Translations under genes and position numbers: made by a program
The notes under the pieces: model-generated
Database searches by the model: none
Told to the model about the DNA's origin: nothing
What the model saw: the letters and a program-made list of their open reading frames with translations, nothing else
Shown here: in pieces, positions 50,201-60,778 of the stretch
Layout of the letters: each line of letters begins with the position of its first letter
How positions within the stretch are numbered: position 1 is the first letter of the stretch
Source: an uncultured virus (IMG/VR IMGVR_UViG_3300025641_000004)
Taxonomy: Duplodnaviria; Heunggongvirae; Uroviricota; Caudoviricetes
Length of the DNA stretch: 64,000 nt
Virus record (IMG/VR): IMGVR_UViG_3300025641_000004
Strand: one strand, 5' to 3'

Positions 50201-52779
50201 AACTTGGAACTCAATTTATTAGTGTTCAGCCATATGAAACAATAAACAGTTCAGGAATTATGGAGCTTAATCCAGAAGTTGATACTTGGGTTGATACTAA
50301 AACCGATCCTGCAATTGAAACTGATCTCTTTAATGAATTAAATACTACAATATCAAACCTTGCACGTGAAGCAGGAGTTCTTGGTACCGAATGGAACTCA
50401 TGGCAGACAAACAGAAACACTTTGCTTAGTACTCAATCGGAAACAAACATATTAAGCGAAAGTTCGCTTCTTCTTGGCGATGAAAGAACTGAAGTTACTA
50501 TTACCGATTTTCAAAGGCAACCCTTTAGGCGCGGTGTCGGAATAACAGATATTACAACTCAAAGGACTGATGTTTTTGATACCTCTTTAACTACAACGCT
50601 ATCAGAAACGATTGAGTCTGAAACTAGGCGATTGGATCAAACTAGAACTGGTACCTTTACGAGATTAACAGAAGATTCTATTAATAAATCTTTAGGAACC
50701 TTCTTAACATCGGTATCATATAAGCCATTCATGCGCTCACGCCAAGTGTGGGTTAGAGTTGAAGATCTTAAACCAAATACAAGGTATTACGCTTTCTTTG
50801 ATGACGTTGATGTTACTAAATATGTAACTAGATATACGGGAGGTGCTGATGTTTTAGATTTTAATCCAAACGCTAGTACTAACCGAAGCTTTAGGTTTTA
50901 TAATAGAAGATTCTTAAGAGCTAGTAATGGCAAAACTTGGAGAGGACAAAATCCGCAATTGTTAATTTCAGATTCTGATGGAACATTACAAGCGGTATTT
51001 ATTGTTCCTAATACGCCATCTCTTAAATTTGCTTCTGGTGAAAAAACTCTTAAGTTTACAGATTCTCCTCGTAATTTAGAATCTGAAGAAACTAGTAGTG
51101 CAATTGCTAGATATATTTCAAATGGTTTGGGTGCGGTTCAACAAGAATCAATTGTAAGTACAAGCGTTCCAAGACTAGTAGTTAGACCGTTACGGGCAAA
51201 CCGTTCTGTAGTAAGAACATCTATTACGGATGTCTCACAAAGTGTTGATTCATCTTTTGAAGAGGTACAAATTAGTTCATCTACAGCGGTGAACGTTAGA
51301 AGGTGGGACCCTGTCGCTCAAACATTCTTTGTTAGAGATACAACCGGTATATATGCCTCAAGTGTGGATGTGTATTTCCAAAAAAGAGGGCGTGCAAATG
51401 TAAGAGCCTATCTTGTTACTGTTGAGAATGGTTACCCAACAAACAAAATTCTTCCTGGCAGTCAAAGAGTATTAAAGCCAAGCCAAATAAAGACTTCGAA
51501 TAACTCTTCAATTGCAACTAAGTTTGAGTTTAAAAAACCAGTTTACCTCAATGGTAAAACCGAGTATGCTGTTGTTATATTCTCAGTTGATCCATCATAT
51601 ACAGTGTATATTGCTGAAATGGGTGGAGACAAGGTTGATTTAATTACAAACCAAATTATTTCTAAGCAGCCTGCAGTTGGTTCATTCTTTACAAGTAGTA
51701 ATAAACGAACATGGACCGCTGAGCAAAACCGAGACTTAAAATTCAAGTTAAGAAGAGCTACCTTTAAAACTGGTAGAGCTACAATTAAAGCTCAAGCACG
51801 AATTGGCGGATATTTAGATTCTGTTGAAATTACTAATGGAGGATCTGGTTATACTACATCAACCACAGTATTAATATCGGCTCCACAAGAACTAAATAGT
51901 GCAGGCGTTCTAGTTGATGTTCCTGATTCAACTGCGGCAGAAGCCGTCGCGGTCATTGATGCGAATACCGGTGCTATTGCAGATATTGTTATTACTAATG
52001 AAGGTGAGGGTTATATTTCTCCACCAACAATTACAATAGAAGACATTGGCGGAGGCGAAGGTGCTACTGCTGTTGGTTACTTACCAACGATAAAATTTGC
52101 AGCGGCAAACCTTAATCAAAGCGCGATGTCAATATCTGGTAAAACCTCAATCGTTAATAAGCTTACACTAAATAATAAGAAATATAATATTCAGAGTAAT
52201 ACTCCAATTGAATTAAGAGATGTAAATCATAGTGTTAATGCTGGAAATGCTGAAGACACTACACTTGATATTATTATTGGAACAAGCGATAACCGAGTTA
52301 CGCCAATGCTTGAGAAGAATGGAATCGCTTTAGAAGTAAGAAGTTACTTTATTGAAGAAAAGGGCGGTTATGAAGATGAGAAAAATACTTCTCAATATTA
52401 TACAAAGAAAATTGCTTTAGAAACTCCTTCAGATCAAGTTGATGTTTATGCTGCGATAAATCGTCCAACTGAAACATCAGAAATTCAATTCTTTATTAAA
52501 ATGTTTGATGATGAAGACGGCGTTAGAATAAACCCTGATATAACACCTTCTGATGATAATGACCAAAATGAATGGTGGGAAATTACTCCAACTGAACCAA
52601 AGGTTGTTCCTATTAACTCTGATGGTAAAACATATTCCGACGTATTATTTAGAAAGAACTTAGAAGAAGACACGTCTGATATTGACTTTACTTCATTCAT
52701 TATAAAAGCTGTTATGTGGGGTAAAAATAATACTGATATTGTAACTGTTAAAGATCTAAGAATAATCGCAACTGCATAA
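47233..52779 (+). CDS. Large virion structural protein (DUF4815/VrlC-like)
   Basis: YYDDF, LFKPG..VQARELNQ.QS, NYAAPGADR, AYVKGY, RRYTMRDIG.L, RFKNGF.VD.F, DP.AQTF. Confidence 0.85.
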   Translation: MSITIYPENYYDDFNTPDANGLTPEDKNYLRILFKPGQSVQARELNQAQSILQSQVDKLGQGLFQSNSPIVGGGASFDDTLRYIDVEVPSDFVSTFELWSTDLANIELQQINTTLTASINKVDILEANEESENPSKTYRLFIHYTADTVSEDDTNLGEFSATDITIENKEIDTSFIAGVIKQGLAVGASISNGIFFIKGNCVPVKEQITAIALDDDEFVYSGYLILTVREDTVNYNDDQTLLDNSNGFPNYAAPGADRYQISLNLALVKDETLDLSNIVILEIQDSNIILETKVENNESPLNDIFATRTSEESGDYVLDPFSLEVRDIWGGDGEDGNPVGRFNGLYKSLQDLNEAGYQSVTDSNDDYAVTIQPSTAYVKGYRVDLPEQISLFASRARESYIDKNNGELLKTAITADLGTYVEGYIDDTSFGLPALDYANVQTYTMWSTEDVNDFVNDVGTCRISTVEVLGENADGKVRARLYLTDIARSNNTSRPYKDVKRIAVASNVGLTDIGTMDFIVEPKNGKRIHDTNISSSFLNLPYQTVKTVSSLKGTEKRILNGTAQLDPADNKVKVTFTAEDNGFIDKSKSNMVVMVDNGNNVTYQHVPNADFEIIGLGTGSADIITIDLTDFDSGSANTKEVRLLASVETNISERLGKKVKTSVTNLDVTAKIPVTNPVRDPLEFKVGDRITLDGVYHLISVDTTEWELVNDGQRKNSYKEAKVRCLKDGATTISYTHWDFVGSGNFYTVNSYKYADDSQVPLEEIPIFQQTGLHDVIDLRYVETSNGRFSLDPYSTVEMELDFYLARKDLITVSSNGIFSILKGEADLKPKFPSVPDDSMILFNLTLFPYTFTLGGIIKDRVNNRRYTMRDIGQLDSRISNVEYYTALSLLEKSAKDKGVYGTDGEERFKNGFIVDGFRGHTVGNISEKYYKCSVKRGEGKLYPYHFGSNLPFDIVDESEIGTDSEFNKTCSTGRVIGFPYKETNYVNQKLGTQFISVQPYETINSSGIMELNPEVDTWVDTKTDPAIETDLFNELNTTISNLAREAGVLGTEWNSWQTNRNTLLSTQSETNILSESSLLLGDERTEVTITDFQRQPFRRGVGITDITTQRTDVFDTSLTTTLSETIESETRRLDQTRTGTFTRLTEDSINKSLGTFLTSVSYKPFMRSRQVWVRVEDLKPNTRYYAFFDDVDVTKYVTRYTGGADVLDFNPNASTNRSFRFYNRRFLRASNGKTWRGQNPQLLISDSDGTLQAVFIVPNTPSLKFASGEKTLKFTDSPRNLESEETSSAIARYISNGLGAVQQESIVSTSVPRLVVRPLRANRSVVRTSITDVSQSVDSSFEEVQISSSTAVNVRRWDPVAQTFFVRDTTGIYASSVDVYFQKRGRANVRAYLVTVENGYPTNKILPGSQRVLKPSQIKTSNNSSIATKFEFKKPVYLNGKTEYAVVIFSVDPSYTVYIAEMGGDKVDLITNQIISKQPAVGSFFTSSNKRTWTAEQNRDLKFKLRRATFKTGRATIKAQARIGGYLDSVEITNGGSGYTTSTTVLISAPQELNSAGVLVDVPDSTAAEAVAVIDANTGAIADIVITNEGEGYISPPTITIEDIGGGEGATAVGYLPTIKFAAANLNQSAMSISGKTSIVNKLTLNNKKYNIQSNTPIELRDVNHSVNAGNAEDTTLDIIIGTSDNRVTPMLEKNGIALEVRSYFIEEKGGYEDEKNTSQYYTKKIALETPSDQVDVYAAINRPTETSEIQFFIKMFDDEDGVRINPDITPSDDNDQNEWWEITPTEPKVVPINSDGKTYSDVLFRKNLEEDTSDIDFTSFIIKAVMWGKNNTDIVTVKDLRIIATA

Positions 52780-52784
52780 TATAA

Positions 52785-53000
52785 GTGGCTAGATTTAAAC
52801 CATTAGAAAATGAAGCATCTTTGGTTAAAGATTACCAAAGCGGCGCTATTGTTAATACAGATAAAGATGCGTATCGATCGGCGATGGCTAAAAAGAAAAA
52901 GAACCGAGAGATTCTTAATTTAAAAAAACAAATTAAACAGCTCCATGATAGAATATCTGTTTTAGAAACTCATATTTTATCTGATATAAATAATAATTAA
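52785..53000 (+). CDS. Small coiled-coil protein
   Basis: GTG start; L.KD..SGAIVNTD...Y motif. Confidence 0.7.
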   Translation: MARFKPLENEASLVKDYQSGAIVNTDKDAYRSAMAKKKKNREILNLKKQIKQLHDRISVLETHILSDINNN

Positions 53001-53018
53001 ATAGTATATACTTTAAAG

Positions 53019-56000
53019 ATGCCCTTAAACAATAAAACATTTGAAACAGTAATTTCCACAGACACCTTTAAGCAATGGGCTGATAAGTGTAATGAGTTAA
53101 TTGGCGAAATTAACATAACGGAAATACCAACTATTGACAGCGTCGTTGGTATATCTAACAACCAAACAATAACTGGAAACAAAACCTTTGATGGACCTAG
53201 TTCTTTTGCAAGCGCATCTTTTGCCGGACTTTTAAATTCCGTTAGTATTGCTTCAGGAAATTTAGTTATTGGCCAACTGGATCAACCAGAGGTTACATAT
53301 ACTAAATTTTATGATCCAAATATTACTTTTCAAAAGTCAATATTAGATCCTGTTGTATCTCTAACATTAAAGTCGGCTTCGCCATCTACCTTATTAATTA
53401 CTGATGGTAATTTAGAAATTGGAGGAAGCGGTGATTTAGTAGTTGGCGGACAACTTGAAGCAAATGGTTTCAGTGTCGATGGCGGAGGTAACTTATCGGT
53501 CGACGGTGGATTAAGTTGGGGCCCACTCGATTCTTACCTTCAAGATGGTCTTGGATTAAAAGTAAGCGGGGGTGATATTGAAACTACAGCCGGAGGATTA
53601 ATTGTAACTGATGAAATCGTTTGGGGTGGAGGAACATTATTTCAAAATGGAAATGCAACTCTTAATAACAATTTATTTATTGAAGGCGATGAAATTGAAT
53701 TTAGCGATTCAACGGCGCCTATTCTTTCATTCCCAGGCATAGGTTATGATTGGGAAATTCCTACAAGTAAGCCGCTTGAAGATTCTATTCTAAGTTGGGA
53801 CATCGGCGGAGATACATTAGAATGGGTAACAAAAACAGATTTTGCAGATGATATTGAATTAGCTGTTTCAAGTAGTTTAACCGCAGCTAACTTTTCAATT
53901 CCAGTACAATTATTACCGGTTGGAACAATCATTGCAGTTGATTCTGATGTATTAACTAATTGGGATCAAGCAGATGAAGGAAATGGCCTTGCATATGTTG
54001 AAGATGCTGAATTTTCAACATGGTTGGTTCCAGATGGAGTTAAACAAGTTTCATTTGATTCTAATGATACAACTTATGAAAAAATTGCTAAGTTAATTAA
54101 TCCAGCTTTAGTTGGCCAAACCTCTGGAACAGTAACTCTCACAGATTTATTTGAAACCGCTCCAACAGGTCAAAGATATATAATGAAAGTCGCGGAGGAC
54201 GCAGTTATTAATTTCCGTTTGAGAAATAAAAATGACTTATCTGGAGGTACTGGAATTAAACTCTTCGATGCTGCTGGAGTTCAACAATCTTATCTTGATA
54301 TTAATGGCGGATCTATTGCAGTAAACTACAACAGTAAAACAATAGATCTTACAAATAGTGGAAGACAACTTAATGTAAGAAGCACCTTTGATCCGTATTT
54401 TGCAGATACTCAAAATGGTTTCGTTGCAGGTTATACAACATCAGGCCAATTAAGAACGAAGTGGCCTGTTGCAAATGAAGATGCTGTAAGTAAAAGTTAT
54501 TTAGAAAATCAACTTGATGTTGTTAATACCACGGTTGATACTTTAGAAACCACAGTTAATACATCTCTTTCAAATACTCTTGCATCGGTTGAAGCTGAAA
54601 ACCAAATTCTTTTAGATCGAATTAATGTTTTTGAAAACGTTGGCCGTATTTGGAAATTACCTGCACGTGAAGGTAACTTGACAATATTTGAAAACGCTAA
54701 CACTAGTTCAGGTAATCAGAATTCTAAGGATGAAGTATATCTAACAGGGTCAACCGGTAATAAACTTTGGGGAACCTCAATGTCAAATTTAAATCAAAAT
54801 TGGATGTATATTACATCTGATGATAAGATGGCAACAGTTCATAGTGATGACTATGATTATGGAACTCAAAAATATACCGATGGCGCGCCAATTGCAGCGC
54901 TATCTCCAATTACTGGAACATGGGCAAAGGCAAAAGAAATCGTTCCAAATGGTCATCGCACGATGATGATTGATGAAGATGGAATTCCATATGCTTGGGG
55001 TTATCAATCAAATTATTATGGATTACGCGGGCAAGGCGCGTATATAAACCCAGAAAACAATTGGACTTCAAATAGTGCAAGCGGGTTAACTGTTGATCAA
55101 ATTACAGATCATACGCCGATACCATGTATGGTTCCAAACGCAACCGCGATATTCAGTTCTAATAAATGTAATTATATTCGAATAAAACAAGTAGCATATG
55201 ATACTTACCTCTCAGGTGATTATTGGTGGAGAAGAAATGGATTTCATGTTATTACTAAAGATGGCTATGATTTAGATGATGCTAAATTCTTTACAGGCAA
55301 TAACGAAGATGATGGAATAAACAAACCAACAATACGTGGTCGTGTAATTTCTGGAGGTCATCTTAATGCTAACTATTGGTATGAAAACGCATCTGCTAAC
55401 AGCGCTAATGCAACGACCGCACGAGGTCCAATAATCTGGGGGCCGGGGCAAACTCAAATGGGAGCCGTTCTTTGGTGGGAATATGGAAACTCAACTCAAA
55501 CATTAACAGGCAGTCCTAACGGAGAGCCAGAAAGAGTTCAGTCTCCAGGAAACAAATCCTTTAACTTCTATACTCCAGAAAATGCAAATTATGATTCAGA
55601 TTACCCTTGGTATATTAAGAAAATCGTTTCTAGTTGTTGGGATCATTTTGTTATTGTTGGAAAAGAAGGCGACGATGACGCTAATGAATTATGGCATTGG
55701 GGAATAAACGCATATTATGAATCAGGTAACCAAGCTACGCGTGGAGTAAATAATCAATTTATGGTACCTGTTCATGACGGAATTAATCGAAATCTTGGTT
55801 CTCCAATGGTCAATGATGGCGGTAATACACGAATTTTTAGAAGGAAAGATTCTCAACCACATGGCCTTAAAAACCTAGATGCTATTAAATTACCAAATAA
55901 TTATTGGTATTTTGTAATTCTTGGCGATGGTAATAACGAAAGAAAGAATACGCGCTTTAGAGTATATCCATATTCTGGAACAAATGCATTAAAGAACGGG

Positions 56001-56906
56001 TTGTTTCCAAATAGTCCTGGAACAACAAATGCAACATCATATACTCTTAGTGCAACTACAAGTACCTTTATTCCAAATTATCAAACTCGATTAACAGGAA
56101 TTGTTGATTTACAAATTAATCATTGGCAAAATAATACAACACAAAACGTTGTATGGGCTTTACGGAAGAACTCTTCAACCTTTTCTACTTGGACCAATCC
56201 GAATCATGACTTATGGACATGGGGAAGAAATAACCATGGACAAACTGGACAAGGTAATACTGGTTCATGGAGATCTCCTGCTAAGATTACAGGTTATACT
56301 GATCAAATATACAATACTGGTCATGGTAACTTTGTTAGAAAAAATGCTGCACTATTTTTTACAGGATATCACGGTAATTCCGGAGGAGTTGGATTTGCTA
56401 AAGCAATTTCAAGTACAAATACAACTCAAAGCGTAACATCTCTTCAACGAGTAACAATCGGCGCAGCCGGTAATAATGCTTGTAAAAAATTATTTGTAGT
56501 TCCTTGGCAAGGCAATACTGGAAACCAACAATTTGCAGTTACACGATCGGTCACAGATGAAGCAGGTGGTATTCAAGCACAACTATATGTTAATGGATAT
56601 ACCTATTATCATGAAACCGGCTGGCATATGGGTTCAGGAGCAGAAACTCACGATTCTGCTAATAATTATACGAATGGGTGGCGTCGAATATTCTTCCCAG
56701 AAGATCCAATGAATATTGTTCAAATTGCAACAGGTAACCCACATGTTATGTTTATATTATGTAAAGATGGTGGTGATCCTGATGCTGAACGCGGAAGACT
56801 ATATGTAGCCGGTTGGGTACAGGGAACTAGAGCGACATCACACGACGAAGCTATTCATCCAGTGTTTACATCAGCTCAACGATATGTTAGAACTACTTAC
56901 GTTTAA
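53019..56906 (+). CDS. Tail fibre-like protein with collar-like and RCC1-like repeats
   Basis: TDTF.QW..K.N N-terminus; LPVGTII..WLVPDG; YAWGY, LWHWG.N, LWTWGRNNHGQTGQG. Confidence 0.7.
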   Translation: MPLNNKTFETVISTDTFKQWADKCNELIGEINITEIPTIDSVVGISNNQTITGNKTFDGPSSFASASFAGLLNSVSIASGNLVIGQLDQPEVTYTKFYDPNITFQKSILDPVVSLTLKSASPSTLLITDGNLEIGGSGDLVVGGQLEANGFSVDGGGNLSVDGGLSWGPLDSYLQDGLGLKVSGGDIETTAGGLIVTDEIVWGGGTLFQNGNATLNNNLFIEGDEIEFSDSTAPILSFPGIGYDWEIPTSKPLEDSILSWDIGGDTLEWVTKTDFADDIELAVSSSLTAANFSIPVQLLPVGTIIAVDSDVLTNWDQADEGNGLAYVEDAEFSTWLVPDGVKQVSFDSNDTTYEKIAKLINPALVGQTSGTVTLTDLFETAPTGQRYIMKVAEDAVINFRLRNKNDLSGGTGIKLFDAAGVQQSYLDINGGSIAVNYNSKTIDLTNSGRQLNVRSTFDPYFADTQNGFVAGYTTSGQLRTKWPVANEDAVSKSYLENQLDVVNTTVDTLETTVNTSLSNTLASVEAENQILLDRINVFENVGRIWKLPAREGNLTIFENANTSSGNQNSKDEVYLTGSTGNKLWGTSMSNLNQNWMYITSDDKMATVHSDDYDYGTQKYTDGAPIAALSPITGTWAKAKEIVPNGHRTMMIDEDGIPYAWGYQSNYYGLRGQGAYINPENNWTSNSASGLTVDQITDHTPIPCMVPNATAIFSSNKCNYIRIKQVAYDTYLSGDYWWRRNGFHVITKDGYDLDDAKFFTGNNEDDGINKPTIRGRVISGGHLNANYWYENASANSANATTARGPIIWGPGQTQMGAVLWWEYGNSTQTLTGSPNGEPERVQSPGNKSFNFYTPENANYDSDYPWYIKKIVSSCWDHFVIVGKEGDDDANELWHWGINAYYESGNQATRGVNNQFMVPVHDGINRNLGSPMVNDGGNTRIFRRKDSQPHGLKNLDAIKLPNNYWYFVILGDGNNERKNTRFRVYPYSGTNALKNGLFPNSPGTTNATSYTLSATTSTFIPNYQTRLTGIVDLQINHWQNNTTQNVVWALRKNSSTFSTWTNPNHDLWTWGRNNHGQTGQGNTGSWRSPAKITGYTDQIYNTGHGNFVRKNAALFFTGYHGNSGGVGFAKAISSTNTTQSVTSLQRVTIGAAGNNACKKLFVVPWQGNTGNQQFAVTRSVTDEAGGIQAQLYVNGYTYYHETGWHMGSGAETHDSANNYTNGWRRIFFPEDPMNIVQIATGNPHVMFILCKDGGDPDAERGRLYVAGWVQGTRATSHDEAIHPVFTSAQRYVRTTYV

Positions 56907-56928
56907 ACCTGAATAAATATTTAAAATC

Positions 56929-59900
56929 ATGGCAATTACACCAACAAAAATTATACTAAAACATTCGTTTAATAGTGGAGCAGAGCCTGATCCTGCGTCA
57001 CTTGTTAATGGAGAACTTGCTTTTAATGCGACAGATTCAACTTTGTTTTGGAAAGATCAATCTGGAGATTTAATAACAAAATCATTAAACATTAATGAAG
57101 ATATTGCTGCAGTTATTAGGGATGAATATAGCGACTTTTTAATATCAGATATTAATTTAGTTGCTGGTGATAATAACAAATCAAATTTAGTTGTATCATA
57201 TTATAGTGGAGATACAACCAAAAACTTAGGTGATGTAAGAGGTGCGACAGGACTTGGAATTAGTCCTGTCGCAGTTTATGAGTGGGCAGATGAAATTCCT
57301 ACAGCGGGTGATATTAGTAATCCTTTATCAGCTGCATTACAAAGAACCGGCGTAACCGTTGCAGTTTTATATGGAGTGACTACAGGTGATAGCCCAGTGT
57401 GGACTAATACTCACATATATGTATATAATGCAACTGCAGATTCTTGGACAGATCTTGGAGAACTAATTGGTGCCGTTGGTCCAACCGGATTAACTGGTGA
57501 TGTGGGTGCAACTGGTCCAACCGGCCCAACTGGTCCAACTGGTGCTGTGGGTCTAACAGGACCAGCTTCTAGTGCGGCAACCGATATTGATAAAGGTATC
57601 GTAGAGTTTTCAACACAATCAGAAGTTTGGAGTGCAGATGGAAACGACCCTGCTAATAATACTGTTGTTAGAGCTAAGCATTTATTAACTAAAAAAGATG
57701 AAGTTAATTCTGCTTTAACCTTTGCAGATCTTGGCGTTGGAAATGCCGCAGGAAATGGAAAAATAAGAATTCACCCTGATGGGCAAGTCGCTTTAAGTTT
57801 AACCAATTCAGCTATTCCTCCAATAACTGGCGATGAAAATCCAGGAAGTGCCGTTAATGGTATATTACCTGAAGGTTATGTTGCGTTAAGGCGAGATGCA
57901 ACCGACGTGTTTATTGATTTAAACGTTGGCGGTTCTATTACAAGTAAGCAGATTGGTAGTGACCAAACGCTAACATTAAATGGAACAAGTATTGAAATTA
58001 GTGGAGGCAATAGTATTCAACTTCCAGTGCCAGTTATTGGAGGAATGCAAAGTTTAATTTTTGATCCACAAACTTTTGAATTAACAATTGATGGAGGTAA
58101 TACAGTTACATTACCACAAAATACAAATTTACAAGACTTATCAATTGTTGATGATCAATTAACACTCTCCGATAGTAATACAGTTACATTACCAGTAACG
58201 ACCGCTCAAGGACAAAAAGCAGATTCTGCAATTCAACCTTCTGATATTGATACTTTATCAGGACTTAATAGTATATTAACTGATGCTGAACTTATTGATA
58301 CAGAGGATTTTCGATTAATTAATCAGCGTCAACCTTTATATCATATACATGAAATAAACGATTTGACTGCGCCTGAAGGTGCGCAAGATGGCCAAGTTAT
58401 TAGATATAATGAAAACCTTGGGGAGTTTTCTTTAGAAGATTTTATCTTTGATGTAAGCAATAGTATAACAGAATCTGTTTTCACTGAAGCTGATATTTTT
58501 GCAAATGATAAACTTATATTTAAAGATACAAGTAATGCAGAAGTTGCAAGATATGCTGAAGTTTCAACAATTTTTGAAAATACAACCGCCGTTGGAATTG
58601 GAAGAGCGCCGGGTGGTGAGGATTATGCACTTGATGTTTTAGGGCAGGATGTAATATTTGCAAAAGAAAATTATACGAGTGGCATATTATTATCTGCCGG
58701 TGATGGCGGTATAGAATTATTTGACGGCGCCAATGATTATACCGAGGAGCCTGGTTGGGGAAATCCATATATTGATTTTAAAAACCAACAAACCGATGAT
58801 TATAGTAGCCGTATAATTAAACAAGGTGACGCATTAAAGATTGTAACCGGTGGCAATGGCGGCACTGGTGGTAAATTTCATTTTTCTCAATCTGGCGAAT
58901 TTGTAATTGGGCAGCGCCTAACTAGTGAAGTTATCAGCTATGATGAAATTACTGGCTTTGCAGGTCATGATTTGGTAGTTGGCCGAGAAGCTTTAGATGT
59001 TAGAGGTAATATTGCTCTTGGTCGATATAGTACAGATGTATCCGATTATGATGCAAGTAATTATATATCATTTGCAGGAACATATGGAGACCCAGACGCC
59101 GCCTTTATAGGAGAACGCCGTTATGATGAAACCGCAGATCAAAAAAGTGAGTTACTTATCTACAAAGGTAATGACCCGGGCAGTGGCGGTAATGCCGATC
59201 GAATTAGAATTGCATCAGGCGAATTTAGAATTGATACCTACGAATCACAAATGCCATTCACGCCACCTTTAGGGTTTAACGCAATAGGCGAATCTACTAA
59301 TTTAATTAATAGGTTTAGAATAACTGATGATGGTAATGTCGGTATTGGAACCGGTGAAACAAATCCTCCAATGAAGTTATCTATTCAAGGCGGAACTATT
59401 GGTATTGATTCTAACAGTGATGACGATTGGGGAATGATTGACCAAGGTACTACTAATTCAGGTATTGGATTCAGAGGATCTGGTTTTAATGCTAGCCAGG
59501 GCTTGGATTTATGTGTTACTGGAAGTGGTAACGTTGGAATTGGAACTGAAACGCCAAACAGCCCGTTACAAGTAATTGGTAATACTCAAATAGATGGTAA
59601 ATTATATGTTGCTGATAGCCTCTTCCTTGGATCAGATTATTCTGCGGCTGGGTCTGGCAACACTTGGCCATTAGCACTAATTACCGCAACTCGAACCACT
59701 GAAATCCCTAATACAGATTTAGGACAAAAGGATGATTTACGATTAAGCAGCAACGACTCTGTAAGTATATATACCGATGGTGATTGGAACAGCACAGATA
59801 CAACTGATATTCCTAAATTTCGTGTTATACAAAATGGAAATGTTGGTATTGGAACAATTGATCCTCTTGAAAAATTACATGTTGTTGGACAAGGCCTTTT

Positions 59901-60714
59901 CACACAGGGCCAAAATGCCGACGATGGTGGCGTTCTTATTAATGGCAGCGCTGGAAGTATTGAATTAATAGAGTCAGTAGCCGATGGTGACAACCCGTTC
60001 ATCGACTTTAAAACGGCCGGAAGTGCTGAAGATTTTGATTGTCGCATTATTAAAGAGGATAACGGACTGGAATTCCATACCGGTGATGGGACCCCATCAC
60101 CAAGACGCTTAAAGATTCAAAGCGATGGCCTAGTTAGGGTTGGACCTGATTCTGTAGCACCAGTTAGTACTTTAAGTATTACCGACGGCGGAATTGCTAT
60201 CAGTAGTAATGGAGATGCCGATTGGGGATTTATTGATCAAGGACCTGATAATTCTGGAATTGGATTTAGAGGCCAAGGGTCGCTTACTTCATCAGACCTT
60301 GATTTAACAGTAACTCAAGCCGGAGATACTGTTATTAAGCAAGGCCAGAAATTAACAATTGGAACTGATGACATATTTCCAAATACTTTAAGCGGAATTC
60401 CAACTCCTGGAGCTCCTTATAGCACAAGCTTAATCGGCAGCAGTGGCCATGTACAACTACCTGGTGGTTTAATTATGAAGTTTGGAACTGCTATGAGTAA
60501 CATAGATGGCGCCCAAACGTTTATCTTTGAAGAAGAGTTTCCAAATAATATGTTTACTATACATATTACAAAACAAGGGGGCGGTGGTACGACTATGTCA
60601 TATGATTCATATAACCGTCAAGGTTTTACTATAGATCGGCCAGACGGCATTGATAATTCTCAGGGCGCTGGTAGTAACGGCGTTGGATTCTGTTGGCAAG
60701 CAATCGGTAATTAA
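56929..60714 (+). CDS. Mosaic long tail fibre protein
   Basis: L.NGELAFN..D N-terminus; collagen-like GPT repeats; GNVGIGT repeats; C-terminal G.VQLPGGLIMKFG..W.AIG. Confidence 0.8.
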   Translation: MAITPTKIILKHSFNSGAEPDPASLVNGELAFNATDSTLFWKDQSGDLITKSLNINEDIAAVIRDEYSDFLISDINLVAGDNNKSNLVVSYYSGDTTKNLGDVRGATGLGISPVAVYEWADEIPTAGDISNPLSAALQRTGVTVAVLYGVTTGDSPVWTNTHIYVYNATADSWTDLGELIGAVGPTGLTGDVGATGPTGPTGPTGAVGLTGPASSAATDIDKGIVEFSTQSEVWSADGNDPANNTVVRAKHLLTKKDEVNSALTFADLGVGNAAGNGKIRIHPDGQVALSLTNSAIPPITGDENPGSAVNGILPEGYVALRRDATDVFIDLNVGGSITSKQIGSDQTLTLNGTSIEISGGNSIQLPVPVIGGMQSLIFDPQTFELTIDGGNTVTLPQNTNLQDLSIVDDQLTLSDSNTVTLPVTTAQGQKADSAIQPSDIDTLSGLNSILTDAELIDTEDFRLINQRQPLYHIHEINDLTAPEGAQDGQVIRYNENLGEFSLEDFIFDVSNSITESVFTEADIFANDKLIFKDTSNAEVARYAEVSTIFENTTAVGIGRAPGGEDYALDVLGQDVIFAKENYTSGILLSAGDGGIELFDGANDYTEEPGWGNPYIDFKNQQTDDYSSRIIKQGDALKIVTGGNGGTGGKFHFSQSGEFVIGQRLTSEVISYDEITGFAGHDLVVGREALDVRGNIALGRYSTDVSDYDASNYISFAGTYGDPDAAFIGERRYDETADQKSELLIYKGNDPGSGGNADRIRIASGEFRIDTYESQMPFTPPLGFNAIGESTNLINRFRITDDGNVGIGTGETNPPMKLSIQGGTIGIDSNSDDDWGMIDQGTTNSGIGFRGSGFNASQGLDLCVTGSGNVGIGTETPNSPLQVIGNTQIDGKLYVADSLFLGSDYSAAGSGNTWPLALITATRTTEIPNTDLGQKDDLRLSSNDSVSIYTDGDWNSTDTTDIPKFRVIQNGNVGIGTIDPLEKLHVVGQGLFTQGQNADDGGVLINGSAGSIELIESVADGDNPFIDFKTAGSAEDFDCRIIKEDNGLEFHTGDGTPSPRRLKIQSDGLVRVGPDSVAPVSTLSITDGGIAISSNGDADWGFIDQGPDNSGIGFRGQGSLTSSDLDLTVTQAGDTVIKQGQKLTIGTDDIFPNTLSGIPTPGAPYSTSLIGSSGHVQLPGGLIMKFGTAMSNIDGAQTFIFEEEFPNNMFTIHITKQGGGGTTMSYDSYNRQGFTIDRPDGIDNSQGAGSNGVGFCWQAIGN
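57469..57564 (+). repeat. Collagen-like (Gly-X-Y)n coding repeat
   Basis: GAVGPTGLTGDVGATGPTGPTGPTGAVGLTGP. Confidence 0.85.
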
Positions 60715-60778
60715 AAATACTATTTTATAAATAAGTTTATAATAAGTAAACCAAACCTTTATATTATACCCATTTGTT

